From assembly GCA_038128225.1 (NCBI GenBank), contig JAYPJF010000002.1:39451-103450 (forward strand): a DNA stretch of 64,000 nt, given 5' to 3'. Under the pieces are notes generated by a model, which was not told where the DNA came from, did not search any database, and was given only the letters and a program-made list of their open reading frames with translations. Position 1 is the stretch's first letter; each line of letters starts with the position of its first letter. The position numbers were made by a program, and so were the translations under genes. This document shows positions 16,356-25,768 of this stretch, piece by piece. The DNA comes from a bacterium. GTDB lineage: Bacteria > Patescibacteriota > Minisyncoccia > Phycocordibacterales > UBA2100.

Positions 16356-16417
16356 TCTCGCTCTTGCGTCTTGCGGCGTGACTTTGGCGGCGCTTGTTTC
16401 ATTGCTATACTGCGCTC

Positions 16418-16990
16418 ATGAAGAAGAGCACTCGCGGCTTAGCCGCATTGTGGATACTTATTGGCATTGTCGTTGTGGCGGCACTCTATGTTGCTGTGAC
16501 GTACAACTCACTCGTGCGCACAAACGAGAGCGTGGATGCGCAGTGGGCACAGGTTGAAACACAGTATCAGCGACGCCTTGATCTTATTCCTAATCTGGTT
16601 TCGAGTGTACGGGGCGTACTCACCCAAGAGCAAGAAGTTTTTGGACGGATTGCCGATGCGCGCACTAGATACGCAGGTGCACAAACAGTAGAAGAACGTG
16701 TGCAAGCAGTGGGTGAAGTAGAATCAGCACTCGCACGTCTTCTGGTGGTGATGGAAAATTATCCGCAGTTGCGTTCGGTGGAAGCGGTACAGAGTCTCAT
16801 GGCGGAATTGGCTGGAACGGAAAATCGTATTTCAGTGGAGCGTGGAAGATATAACGAGATTGTTCGTGATTACAACGTGTCGGTAAAAACATTTCCCGGC
16901 GCATTAACCGCGTCGCTATTTGGCTTTGAGCCGCGCACCATGTTTGAATCTGTAGAAGGGGCAGCTGTTCCTCCGTCAGTAGAACTATAG
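16418..16990 (+). CDS. lemA: LemA family protein
   Basis: N-terminal TM helix followed by YNSLVRTNESVDAQWAQVETQYQRRLDLIPNLV and RYNEIVRDYNVSVKTFPG, which are classic LemA motifs. Confidence 0.8.
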   Translation: MKKSTRGLAALWILIGIVVVAALYVAVTYNSLVRTNESVDAQWAQVETQYQRRLDLIPNLVSSVRGVLTQEQEVFGRIADARTRYAGAQTVEERVQAVGEVESALARLLVVMENYPQLRSVEAVQSLMAELAGTENRISVERGRYNEIVRDYNVSVKTFPGALTASLFGFEPRTMFESVEGAAVPPSVEL

Positions 16991-16992
16991 TC

Positions 16993-17874
16993 ATGAAGCA
17001 CGTACTCGTGCTTTTAGGGTTTTTGCTTTTGCCGAGCTTCGCGCTGGCGTACGTATCGCCCGGAACTCCCGGCGGGTATGTAAATGACTTTGCCGGAGTC
17101 CTCACGGAGGAAACGCGAACACATCTAGAAGAAACACTTCTCGCATACAGCGCTTCGACAACCAACGAAATTGCGGTGGTTACCGTGCGCTCACTTGAGG
17201 GAGATTACATTGAGCACTACGCGGTCGAGCTTTTCGAAGAATGGGGAATCGGTAAAGAAAAAAGTGACAACGGCGTACTACTGTTGCTGGCGATCGAGGA
17301 CAGGGCGGTGCGGATCGAAGTCGGGTACGGACTTGAAGGCGCGATCCCGGACAGTGTCGCCGATCGCATTATTCGCGAAGAAATGATCCCGTTACTTAAA
17401 GAGAGTGCGTATGGTATGGCGGTCAGTAATGCTGTCGCGCGCCTTCAGGAAGCTGCGGCAGGTGAGTATCAGGCAAAGCCAGATGTTGGCTTCTCGTTCA
17501 CATTTTCCGATACATTTATTGCGGTGTTTATTTTTGTGACGCTTGTCGTGCAATGGATCGCTTCGATTTTGGCACGCACCAAGTCGTGGTGGCTCGGCGG
17601 CATCGTAGGTGCGGCCGTTGGAGTACTGGTGAGTACGTTGTTTTCTTGGTGGGTCTTGCTTGGGGGCGTTGTTACGGTAGGGTTATTTTTATTTGGGCTT
17701 TTTCTTGATTTTGTTGTTTCGAGTACCTATTCGCATAGTAAAAAATATAATGTAAGTCCGCCGTGGTGGGCGGGCGGTTCGAGTGGCGGGAGTTTTGGGG
17801 GTAGCTCAGGAGGAGGTTTTGGGGGGTTTGGTGGCGGGTCTTCAGGAGGAGGCGGTGCTTCAGGAAGTTGGTAG
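16993..17874 (+). CDS. TPM-domain (YgcG-like) protein with a Gly/Ser-rich C-terminal tail
   Basis: Signal peptide, then YVNDFAGVLTEETRTHLEETL...NEIAVVTVRSLEG (TPM phosphatase-like domain), TM helices, and a GGSSGGSFGGSSGGGFGG tail. Lies immediately downstream of lemA, which is a conserved pairing. Confidence 0.75.
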   Translation: MKHVLVLLGFLLLPSFALAYVSPGTPGGYVNDFAGVLTEETRTHLEETLLAYSASTTNEIAVVTVRSLEGDYIEHYAVELFEEWGIGKEKSDNGVLLLLAIEDRAVRIEVGYGLEGAIPDSVADRIIREEMIPLLKESAYGMAVSNAVARLQEAAAGEYQAKPDVGFSFTFSDTFIAVFIFVTLVVQWIASILARTKSWWLGGIVGAAVGVLVSTLFSWWVLLGGVVTVGLFLFGLFLDFVVSSTYSHSKKYNVSPPWWAGGSSGGSFGGSSGGGFGGFGGGSSGGGGASGSW

Positions 17875-17961
17875 TGGTCAGTGAAAGGTGAGCCAAGCTC
17901 TTGAAAGAGTGTGGTATTAGTAACTTTCTCTTCTCTGGTGCGTCGTTGTTATACTGGCCAT

Positions 17962-18990
17962 ATGAAGATACTCACAGTAGTTTTGATACTCGGGGCCGTA
18001 CTTTTTGGAGGCTTTTTTCTCCTTAATAATTATATTTACAACGAGAAGCAGGCGGTGACTGCGTCTGACCCTCGCGATGCGCAGTACAGTATCGCGGGAA
18101 AGGAAGTACCGCTTACTAATGGTACGGGCGTACTTCAGGTAGAAGGTGGGTCTCATATAGTGCGTTACTTTGGTAACGAGGCGCGAGGTGACTTAAACGC
18201 GGATGGAATAAGTGACGTCGCGTTTTTGCTTGTACAAGAAATTCCGGAAGGGGAGCGTTTTTTCCTTGCCGCAGCGATTCAAAATACAGAAGCACGATTT
18301 CAAGGGACGCAGGCAATGATGATTGGTGACAATATCGCTCCACAAACCACGGCGTTTAAAGACGGGAAAGTAGTTGTGTACTATGCAGAGCGCAGAGCAG
18401 ATGGCGTGAGTGTTGGGAAAAATCTTTATGCGCTGTACGATCCTGTTGCGATGGAATTTGGAGAGGCAGTGCAAGATTTTGAAGGAGAGACCGGTGTTGT
18501 GGATGGGGAAATGAAGACGTATACCCTAGATCCGGGACTTAGCTTTTCATACCGCAATGAACCCGAAGGGTATCGCATAAGCGCATATCCGGAAAATAAC
18601 GACGCAGCTTTTGTAGACGGCGCAATACTTATGCTCAAAAGCGACGCGGCAGCGCTCGGCGAACGACAAAACGCAGAAGGTCCGCCGACAATTACCATCG
18701 CAGCGTATACAAATACCCAGAATTTGAGCGCAGACCTGTGGGCAGACCAGTACAGTATGCTCTCTCATAAAAATCTTCTGCGCGGCAATAGTATGAAAAC
18801 AAAACTCGCGGGGGTTGACGCGCTTCGCTATGGTGCCGACGGACTCTATCAAATGGATGTGGCAGTGATTGTGTATGACGGGTTTGCGTATGTGCTTTCA
18901 GGTTCGTACATGGAGTCACAGGCGCTCATTCGGCGCGATTTCGAAGCATTGCTCGAATCACTCACGTTTGCCCACGAAAAGAAACCATAA
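17962..18990 (+). CDS. Hypothetical membrane-anchored secreted protein (343 aa)
   Basis: The ATG at 17962 gives MKILTVVLILGAVLFGGFFLL (TM/signal). The remainder is beta-rich and matches no recognised family. Confidence 0.5.
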   Translation: MKILTVVLILGAVLFGGFFLLNNYIYNEKQAVTASDPRDAQYSIAGKEVPLTNGTGVLQVEGGSHIVRYFGNEARGDLNADGISDVAFLLVQEIPEGERFFLAAAIQNTEARFQGTQAMMIGDNIAPQTTAFKDGKVVVYYAERRADGVSVGKNLYALYDPVAMEFGEAVQDFEGETGVVDGEMKTYTLDPGLSFSYRNEPEGYRISAYPENNDAAFVDGAILMLKSDAAALGERQNAEGPPTITIAAYTNTQNLSADLWADQYSMLSHKNLLRGNSMKTKLAGVDALRYGADGLYQMDVAVIVYDGFAYVLSGSYMESQALIRRDFEALLESLTFAHEKKP

Positions 18991-19054
18991 CCGCGATTCG
19001 TTGGTATAAGAAGTCTTTGCTATACTTGGAGTTCTAGTAGTTAGCAAGCCACGT

Positions 19055-19558
19055 ATGCACACAATCTATACATTTACACTGCCGGTGTTTGCAAAAATGT
19101 TGGGAGGTCTAAAAAATGTACTCCAAAAAGCAAAAGAACACGGGCTCGACGAGAAAAAGCTTCTCGAAGACAGTTTAGCAGCTGACATGTTCCCGTTTGT
19201 GCGCCAAGTGCAGATTGCCTGTGATAACGCAAAAGGTGCAGCGGCTCGGCTTTCGGGCACCGAAGCGCCAAAATACGAAGATGCCGAAGCGAGCATTGAT
19301 GAACTTCTCGCGAGAATTGATAAAACTATCGGCTATATTCAAGGTTTTTCAGAGAGTGATTTTGAAGGAGCGGAAACACGACAGGTTACTTTGCCGTATT
19401 TTCCAGGCAAGTTCATGAGTGGATTTGATTACGCACGCGAGTATGCGATTCCCAACTTCTTCTTTCACACGGCAGTTGCGTACGCGATTGTTCGCAAGAA
19501 CGGAGTCTCAATAGGGAAAGCAGATTACATCAACGGGCTCCCGCTCCAAGACATGTAG
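19055..19558 (+). CDS. DUF1993-family protein
   Basis: 167-aa ORF with MHTIYTFTLPVFAKMLGGLKNVLQKA...GAETRQVTLPYFPGKFMSG, consistent with DUF1993 as recalled. Confidence 0.55.
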   Translation: MHTIYTFTLPVFAKMLGGLKNVLQKAKEHGLDEKKLLEDSLAADMFPFVRQVQIACDNAKGAAARLSGTEAPKYEDAEASIDELLARIDKTIGYIQGFSESDFEGAETRQVTLPYFPGKFMSGFDYAREYAIPNFFFHTAVAYAIVRKNGVSIGKADYINGLPLQDM

Positions 19559-19612
19559 GATTTCTCCACACGTCTGTCGTGCGGTTGCTTCGCAGCCGAT
19601 TATTATGAGGAC

Positions 19613-20668
19613 ATGGATTTTCTTCGTACAATTCAGTGGACGCCCATTAAAGTATTAAAAGCGCTTGGTGCAGTGTTTGCGGTGCTCATCATCCTTTCGG
19701 TTGCAACATACACATTGAAGCCAGTGGCTTCGATGATGGAGTATGGATCGTACTCGTATGATTCGTATCGATCAGGAATGGGAGGCGGCATGATGGCAAT
19801 TGAGCCGGGGTATGCATTTGATGAGGCGCAAGGATATGGAGGTAAAGACATGAGCCTGTCAGTGCGAAACGTTGCGGGTACGATCGCACCGGCCCCTTCG
19901 TATCCATCGAGCGTGGGTGGGGATGCAGAAGAATACGAAACAATGCAGTACAGCGTGAGTATTGAGGCGCGCACTGATGAAACATGTACTCAGATCGCAA
20001 AACTCAAAGAACACGCGTATGTGGTGTTCGAAAACGCCAATACGTACGATGCGGGTTGCTCATTCTCATTTAAAGTCGAACTTGCACATGTTGATGAAGT
20101 ACTCAGTATTCTTAGAAAATACGGGCCGAAGGAGTTGATTGAAAACACGCAAACTATCAAGCAGCAGATTGATGACTTTACTTCCGAAACTGAAATCCTT
20201 GAAAAGAAACTCGAATCAATTGACGAAACGCTACAGAGTGCACTCACTGCCTATAGTGAGATTACGGGAATCGCGACACGAACAGGAAATGCCGAGGCGC
20301 TCGCCAAGATTATTGAAAGTCGCCTCGCAATCATTGAACGTCTTACACAAGAGCGTATTACGGTGGCAGCCCAACTTGAACGGCTTGCCCGTAGCAAAGA
20401 GCAGCAACTCGATCGCCTCGTATACACATACTTCAGCGTTTCAGTGTACGAGCATCGGTATATTGACCCAGAGCAGATCAGTGATTCATGGAAGCAGGCG
20501 CTGCAAGAATTCGTCTATAGAGTAAATCGTGCCGTGCAAGACATCACTATTAATCTTGTGGTGTTTGTGCTTGCGGTAATCAAATACGGTCTCTACATAT
20601 TTGTGGTGCTCATCGCTTTGCTTGCCGCGTGGCGCGTGGTGAAGCGGGTGTGGCAGCGAATACTCTAG
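19613..20668 (+). CDS. DUF4349-like membrane protein (N-terminal and C-terminal TM, central coiled-coil)
   Basis: N-terminal TM helix, the YVVFENANTYDAGCSFSFKVELAHVDEVLSILRKYG region, coiled coils, and a C-terminal TM pair. Confidence 0.55.
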   Translation: MDFLRTIQWTPIKVLKALGAVFAVLIILSVATYTLKPVASMMEYGSYSYDSYRSGMGGGMMAIEPGYAFDEAQGYGGKDMSLSVRNVAGTIAPAPSYPSSVGGDAEEYETMQYSVSIEARTDETCTQIAKLKEHAYVVFENANTYDAGCSFSFKVELAHVDEVLSILRKYGPKELIENTQTIKQQIDDFTSETEILEKKLESIDETLQSALTAYSEITGIATRTGNAEALAKIIESRLAIIERLTQERITVAAQLERLARSKEQQLDRLVYTYFSVSVYEHRYIDPEQISDSWKQALQEFVYRVNRAVQDITINLVVFVLAVIKYGLYIFVVLIALLAAWRVVKRVWQRIL

Positions 20669-20727
20669 TATTTGACGTAGCTTTTCTCAAGTGGCATGCT
20701 CCTGTCGGGTAATAACAGGAGGTACGT

Positions 20728-21138
20728 ATGCCTGTACGAAGCGCGGGTTCATGGACAGTCATTATGGTTCGAAAAGGACCGGGAATGGTTAGTGATGACG
20801 TGCGGCATACTCTTGAAACTGCCGCGTACAAACTTACTCTTGACCGGCAAGATAAAAACCATTTTAAAAGCCGCACGTGTGAAGGGTATCTCGAAACTGG
20901 GTGGAGATCCGTGACCGTCGGGACTCGTACAGGGATACTTTTCAAAAGTGTTGTTGATAGTGGCGATGGGCCGTTCTCGGTCAACTTTCTTGTCAACAGT
21001 AAAGATCTTGATCGTGGCGCTGAGGTGCTCCGCGAAATCGAAAACGGGCGGAATGAATCAGTGAGGGTTTCGGAAGACGCGAAGCTTCCCGATGAGATGT
21101 ATGACTTCATAACGTTCTCCTCGGTACGCTCGAATTGA
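20728..21138 (+). CDS. Hypothetical 136-aa protein
   Basis: ORF with a strong downstream terminator. More protein-like than the overlapping antisense Ser-rich ORF. Confidence 0.35.
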   Translation: MPVRSAGSWTVIMVRKGPGMVSDDVRHTLETAAYKLTLDRQDKNHFKSRTCEGYLETGWRSVTVGTRTGILFKSVVDSGDGPFSVNFLVNSKDLDRGAEVLREIENGRNESVRVSEDAKLPDEMYDFITFSSVRSN

Positions 21139-21149
21139 AGATATGTACA

Positions 21150-21178
21150 AGGCCGGCTTTTGCCGGCCTCAGTTTTTT
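21150..21178 (+). terminator. Rho-independent terminator
   Basis: AGGCCGGC-TTTT-GCCGGCCT followed by CAGTTTTTT. It overlaps the listed start of the xfp ORF, which supports a later xfp start. Confidence 0.5.
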
Positions 21179-21213
21179 ACACAGCGGTAGTTGTAATGCG
21201 GTACAATAAATAC

Positions 21214-23568
21214 ATGGACAGATCACGGATCGAAGCAATCCAATCATACATTCGTGCCGCCGACTACATTTCCGCAGCGCAGATTTTTCTCAAAAAGAAC
21301 GCGCTGCTTACCGAACCGCTCAAGCGGGATGATTTGAAACCGCGACTGCTTGGTCATTGGGGTACGTGCCCGGGCATTAACTTCACGTATGCACATCTTA
21401 ATGAATATATTCGAACTCACGACGATGCAGATCTTTTATTTGTGCTCGGACCAGGGCATGGGTTTGCGGCACTGCAGGCGAATTTATATATTGAAGGAAC
21501 ACTTGCCCGATACTACCCTGAAGCAGCGCTCAACGCCCAGGGATTACAGTATGTTGTCCACGGTTTTAGTTGGCCGTATGAGTTTCCAAGCCATTCGAGC
21601 CCAGCCACTCCAGGGGTGATTCTCGAGGGCGGAGAACTCGGGTATGCGCTCGCAACTGCCTATGGAGCAGCGCTCGACAATCCGCACATGACCATCGTGT
21701 GCATGATTGGTGATGGAGAAGCGGAAACAGGACCCACCGCAACAGCGTGGCACTTGAATAAAATCGTCAACCCCGCCGACAACGGTCACGTACTCCCCAT
21801 CCTTCATCTCAATGAGTACAAGATCTCCGGCCCAACACTTTACGGGCGCATGAGCGATAGAGATCTCAAGGCTCTTTTTAAAGGGTACGGATACGAACCT
21901 ATTTTCGTCGAAGGCGTACGCATTCATCAGAAAATGGCGGCAGCGCTTGCGGTAAGCCGCACCCTTTTTGAGGCACGGCGCAAAGAAGCAGCACAGATTT
22001 CATCTGCAGGAATTTCGTCACGTCCCCCAATAATTATTCTTCGTACTCCAAAGGGGTGGGGTGGGATCAAGCGTCTCCACGGAGAAAAGATCGAAGGAAA
22101 CGCGCTCGCGCATCAAGTGGTCGCAACTGAGGCGCACACTGACGAGTTGCAGTTTAAGGCAGTAGCACAATGGCTTGCGTCGTATAAATTTCATGAGTTG
22201 TTTGACCCCGAACATGGGTTTGCCCGTGCGGTCTTGAGCGTTCTTCCGGAACCGAATCGACGCATGGGTTCTAACCGCCAGTGCTTTGGCGGGAAAAGTG
22301 TTTGTGTTGATTTGCTTGTTCCTCCAACGGTGCGGTATGTAAACAAGCAAATAACACGGGGTGTCTCGAAGGCGAGCTCGATGCTCGCCGCAGGAGAGTA
22401 CTTGCGCGACACGAGCGCACTGAATGCGCAAAATAAGAATTTTAGGTTTTTCTCACCTGACGAAACGTACTCAAATAAACTTCAGGCGATCTTCGAGCAC
22501 ACGCCGCGTGCATGGATGCAAAAAATCGAACCGTGGGATAAAGATCTTTCTCCGAGCGGGCGCGTGATTGAAATGTTGAGTGAGCATACCCTGCAAGGTC
22601 TTTTGCAGGGCTATGTACTTACGGGGCGGCACGGCGTTTTTGCTTCATACGAAGCGTTTTTACAGATTATCGCCAGCATGGCGGATCAGTACACGAAGTT
22701 CATACGAGTCGCAACCGAGATTCCGTGGCGAGGAAGCGTTTCGTCACTAAATTACATTTTGACCTCCCCAGGCTGGCGACAGGAGCATAATGGGTTCTCG
22801 CATCAGAATCCCGGGTTCATTGACGCAATGCTTCAGAAACATGGATGTTTTGTTCACGTTTATTTTCCTGCGGATCGGAACAGCACTATTCTTACACTTG
22901 AGCGCTGTTTGTCTTCAAAAAACCAAGTGAACCTTATTGTGGCAGGGAAGAGTATGGAGCCTGAGTGGCTTACACCCAAAGAAGCGGAAGAAGCCATGAA
23001 GCGAGGTGTGCTGGTATGGCATTTCGCAAGCGACGAAGACCCGCACGTGGTTCTTGCTGCTGCGGGCGACTATCTTACCGCTGAGACGCTTGCGGCACTT
23101 GAGCTTATTAAGCGTGACGCACCAGAAATCCGCGTACGTTTTGTAAATATTCTTGAGCTTTCGGCGCTTGGTATAGGGAATGAAGAATGCCGTGCCGAAT
23201 TTACGGAGTTTTCTGACTACTTCACTCCTGACAAGCCGGTAATTTTTAATTTTCATGGATACCCAGAAACGCTCAAACAAGCGTTGTTTGACCATCAGGA
23301 CGGGCAGCGCCGATTTCGTGTGCACGGATACCGAGAAGTGGGGAGTACCACGACGCCGTTTGACATGCATGTTCGAAATGGCACAAGCAGGTATCAGATC
23401 GCTAAAGAAGCGTTTGAGCTTATGAGTGAGCGCGGTGTTATTACGAAAGAAAAAGCGACACACAATATTGAACAAATCGAGACGTTACTCACTCGGCACC
23501 GTGCCTACATTAAAGAGTATGGTGTCGATATGGAGGATGTACAAACATGGCAATGGAAACAATCATAG
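21214..23568 (+). CDS. xfp: Phosphoketolase (xylulose-5-P/fructose-6-P phosphoketolase)
   Basis: Hallmark motifs GHWGTCPGINF, GPGHG and EGGELGYAL with a TPP-binding fold. About 785 aa from MDRSRIEAIQSYIRAADY. Confidence 0.9.
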   Translation: MDRSRIEAIQSYIRAADYISAAQIFLKKNALLTEPLKRDDLKPRLLGHWGTCPGINFTYAHLNEYIRTHDDADLLFVLGPGHGFAALQANLYIEGTLARYYPEAALNAQGLQYVVHGFSWPYEFPSHSSPATPGVILEGGELGYALATAYGAALDNPHMTIVCMIGDGEAETGPTATAWHLNKIVNPADNGHVLPILHLNEYKISGPTLYGRMSDRDLKALFKGYGYEPIFVEGVRIHQKMAAALAVSRTLFEARRKEAAQISSAGISSRPPIIILRTPKGWGGIKRLHGEKIEGNALAHQVVATEAHTDELQFKAVAQWLASYKFHELFDPEHGFARAVLSVLPEPNRRMGSNRQCFGGKSVCVDLLVPPTVRYVNKQITRGVSKASSMLAAGEYLRDTSALNAQNKNFRFFSPDETYSNKLQAIFEHTPRAWMQKIEPWDKDLSPSGRVIEMLSEHTLQGLLQGYVLTGRHGVFASYEAFLQIIASMADQYTKFIRVATEIPWRGSVSSLNYILTSPGWRQEHNGFSHQNPGFIDAMLQKHGCFVHVYFPADRNSTILTLERCLSSKNQVNLIVAGKSMEPEWLTPKEAEEAMKRGVLVWHFASDEDPHVVLAAAGDYLTAETLAALELIKRDAPEIRVRFVNILELSALGIGNEECRAEFTEFSDYFTPDKPVIFNFHGYPETLKQALFDHQDGQRRFRVHGYREVGSTTTPFDMHVRNGTSRYQIAKEAFELMSERGVITKEKATHNIEQIETLLTRHRAYIKEYGVDMEDVQTWQWKQS

Positions 23569-24683
23569 TACTTAATCCAGGGAGCGCCTCACATAAATTT
23601 GCGCTCTATCGAGGCTCCAGCTGCTTGTTGTCTGTGCATTACGAACGTACGGAACATGGATTTGCGCGCACGATACACGGTGCGCTGCCTGAGGCAATCA
23701 CCGAGGATGTTTTTTTGCACGCGCGGCAGGACATGATGAATTATCTCGAAGAGAGAGGTTTTTCGTGTGACATATATGTAGTGCGCGTTGTGGCGCCGGG
23801 CACGTACTTTACCGAACACCACCTTGTCGACGATTATTTTATCGAAAAACTCTCACAGGTTGCGCAGTATGACCCTGCACACACAGAGCCTACTCTGGCA
23901 CTTGTGCGCACGTTGCAGACCGAGTCTCCGCAGATTCCCATAGTTGCGGTTTCTGATAGCGCATTTCACACGTCGTTGCCAGAGTACGCACGGCGGATTC
24001 CGCTGCCGGAGTCACTCGTGGCAGAGTATGACATGGCACGATTTGGATATCATGGCATTGCGCTTTCGGCGCTTGCGGAAGATCCGGAACTTCCTTCGCG
24101 TGCAGTGGTGTGCCATTTAGGAAGCGGCTCAAGTGTCACAGGACTCAAGGATGGAAAAAGTATTGAAACTTCGATGGGGTACTCTCCTCTTGAAGGAGTT
24201 CCGATGAGCTCGCGCAGTGGCTCGGTGGACCCCGCGGTTATAGCCCGCCTGTCTCACCACATGACGCCAGAGGAGTTGATCGCACTCATGTATCAGAAAA
24301 GTGGTTTTCAAGCGTTGTGCGGTACTGATGATATGAGAGTAATGCTTCAGGCAGAAGCGACTAATTCGAGCGCGGCGCTTGCGATCGACATGTTCGTACG
24401 TCGTGTCGCGCAGTATGTTGGGGCGTACGCGATGATGCTCGGGGGGATCGATGCGATAGTATTTTCAGGGACGATTGGCGAACGCTCAGCGCCTATTCGC
24501 AGCAAAGTGTGTGCGTTACTTGCGCCATTAGGGGTTGTGCTTGACGCGACTAAAAATGAAAAAGCACAACCGCCTACGGAGGTCGCACATACAGATTCGC
24601 GTGTGCGCATACTAGTTCGTCACGCTGACGAAACAAGGGCAGCGGCACGCATTGCAGCACATACGGCACAACGTCTGGACTAG
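23547..24683 (+). CDS. ackA: Acetate kinase
   Basis: IIVLNPGSASHKFALY opening, CHLGSGSS, and length typical for the ASKHA fold. Confidence 0.9.
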   Translation: MAMETIIVLNPGSASHKFALYRGSSCLLSVHYERTEHGFARTIHGALPEAITEDVFLHARQDMMNYLEERGFSCDIYVVRVVAPGTYFTEHHLVDDYFIEKLSQVAQYDPAHTEPTLALVRTLQTESPQIPIVAVSDSAFHTSLPEYARRIPLPESLVAEYDMARFGYHGIALSALAEDPELPSRAVVCHLGSGSSVTGLKDGKSIETSMGYSPLEGVPMSSRSGSVDPAVIARLSHHMTPEELIALMYQKSGFQALCGTDDMRVMLQAEATNSSAALAIDMFVRRVAQYVGAYAMMLGGIDAIVFSGTIGERSAPIRSKVCALLAPLGVVLDATKNEKAQPPTEVAHTDSRVRILVRHADETRAAARIAAHTAQRLD

Positions 24684-24723
24684 TAAAGTTGCCCCACTTC
24701 TGTGCGCGTGTGATACTTGCGCT

Positions 24724-25716
24724 ATGCGCGTACTCGTAACTGGCGGAGCGGGATTTATTGGACACCACGTTGTTTCGTACATTCTTGAAACCACTGATTG
24801 GGATGTGGTCGTTCTTGATCGCCTTGATACTTCAGGGAATCTCAACAGGCTTGTCGATATACCGCAGTGGGAAACGCATAAAAAGCGGGTCTCGTTTGTT
24901 TTTCACGACCTCAAAGCGCCGCTTAATGAAGGTGTTGTCAATCGGATTGGTGCTGTTGAATATATTTTACATCTCGCAGCTTCAACACATGTTGATCGTT
25001 CTATTACAGATCCGATGCTCTTTGCGATGGACAATGTTATAGGAACGGTCACCATACTGGATTTTGCGCGATCACATGCACCTCTGAAGCGCTTCATTAA
25101 TTTCTCCACTGACGAAGTGTTTGGTCCGGCGTCAGTAGGATATGCGCACACGGAAGACGACCCGTACAAGCCATCGAATCCGTATTCGGCGGGGAAAGCC
25201 GGGGCTGCCTCGTTCGGGCATTCATATTTTGTGACGTACGGTACGCCAATAGTAACTGCGTATACGATGAACAATTTTGGTGAACGACAACATCCTGAAA
25301 AACTTGTGCCGAAGACCATTCGCTCGGTCGTGCGAGGCGAGCGGGTGCCCATTTTTGCGAGTCTCGATGCCTCCGGAAAACTCATGGCGGTGGGGAGTAG
25401 ATACTGGTTGCATGCGCGCAACACCGCTTCAGCAATCATGTTTATGCTCAATCATGGCGTTGTTGGCGAAGGCTACAATGTCGTGGGATTTGATGAATTG
25501 ACCAATCTTGAAATGGCGGAAAGAATCGCGGCGGTTCTTGGAAAGCCGCTTTTGTATGATCTGGTAGATTTTCACGCGATGCGTCCAGGGCACGATATGC
25601 GCTATGCACTTGACGGAGCGAAGCTCAGGGCGCTTGGTTGGAAACCTGAAGTTGATTTTGATGAATCTTTGAAGCGCACGGTGAAATTTTGTGTAGACCA
25701 TCCTGAATGGGTGTAA
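24724..25716 (+). CDS. NAD-dependent epimerase/dehydratase (dTDP-glucose 4,6-dehydratase / UDP-sugar epimerase family)
   Basis: MRVLVTGGAGFIGHHV (GxxGxxG Rossmann motif), STDEVFG, and a YSAGKAG (YxxxK) catalytic motif. Confidence 0.75.
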   Translation: MRVLVTGGAGFIGHHVVSYILETTDWDVVVLDRLDTSGNLNRLVDIPQWETHKKRVSFVFHDLKAPLNEGVVNRIGAVEYILHLAASTHVDRSITDPMLFAMDNVIGTVTILDFARSHAPLKRFINFSTDEVFGPASVGYAHTEDDPYKPSNPYSAGKAGAASFGHSYFVTYGTPIVTAYTMNNFGERQHPEKLVPKTIRSVVRGERVPIFASLDASGKLMAVGSRYWLHARNTASAIMFMLNHGVVGEGYNVVGFDELTNLEMAERIAAVLGKPLLYDLVDFHAMRPGHDMRYALDGAKLRALGWKPEVDFDESLKRTVKFCVDHPEWV

Positions 25717-25768
25717 GTTATACCCACGGTAAGCGCCTGCCGGAATTCTCTGCACGGTATACTGAAAG

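Noticed and set aside
20610-21110. 166-aa minus-strand ORF, Ser/Arg/Thr-rich, overlapping the 20728..21138 plus-strand ORF
   Set aside because: The low-complexity S/R/T-rich translation is typical of antisense reading. The plus-strand ORF has a terminator right after its stop. Kept only the plus-strand call, itself at low confidence.
21160-21213. Listed phosphoketolase start at 21160
   Set aside because: The first 19 codons overlap the terminator hairpin/T-run of the upstream gene. Phosphoketolases conventionally begin near the MDRSRIEAIQSY-type sequence, so a later start (21214) was preferred.
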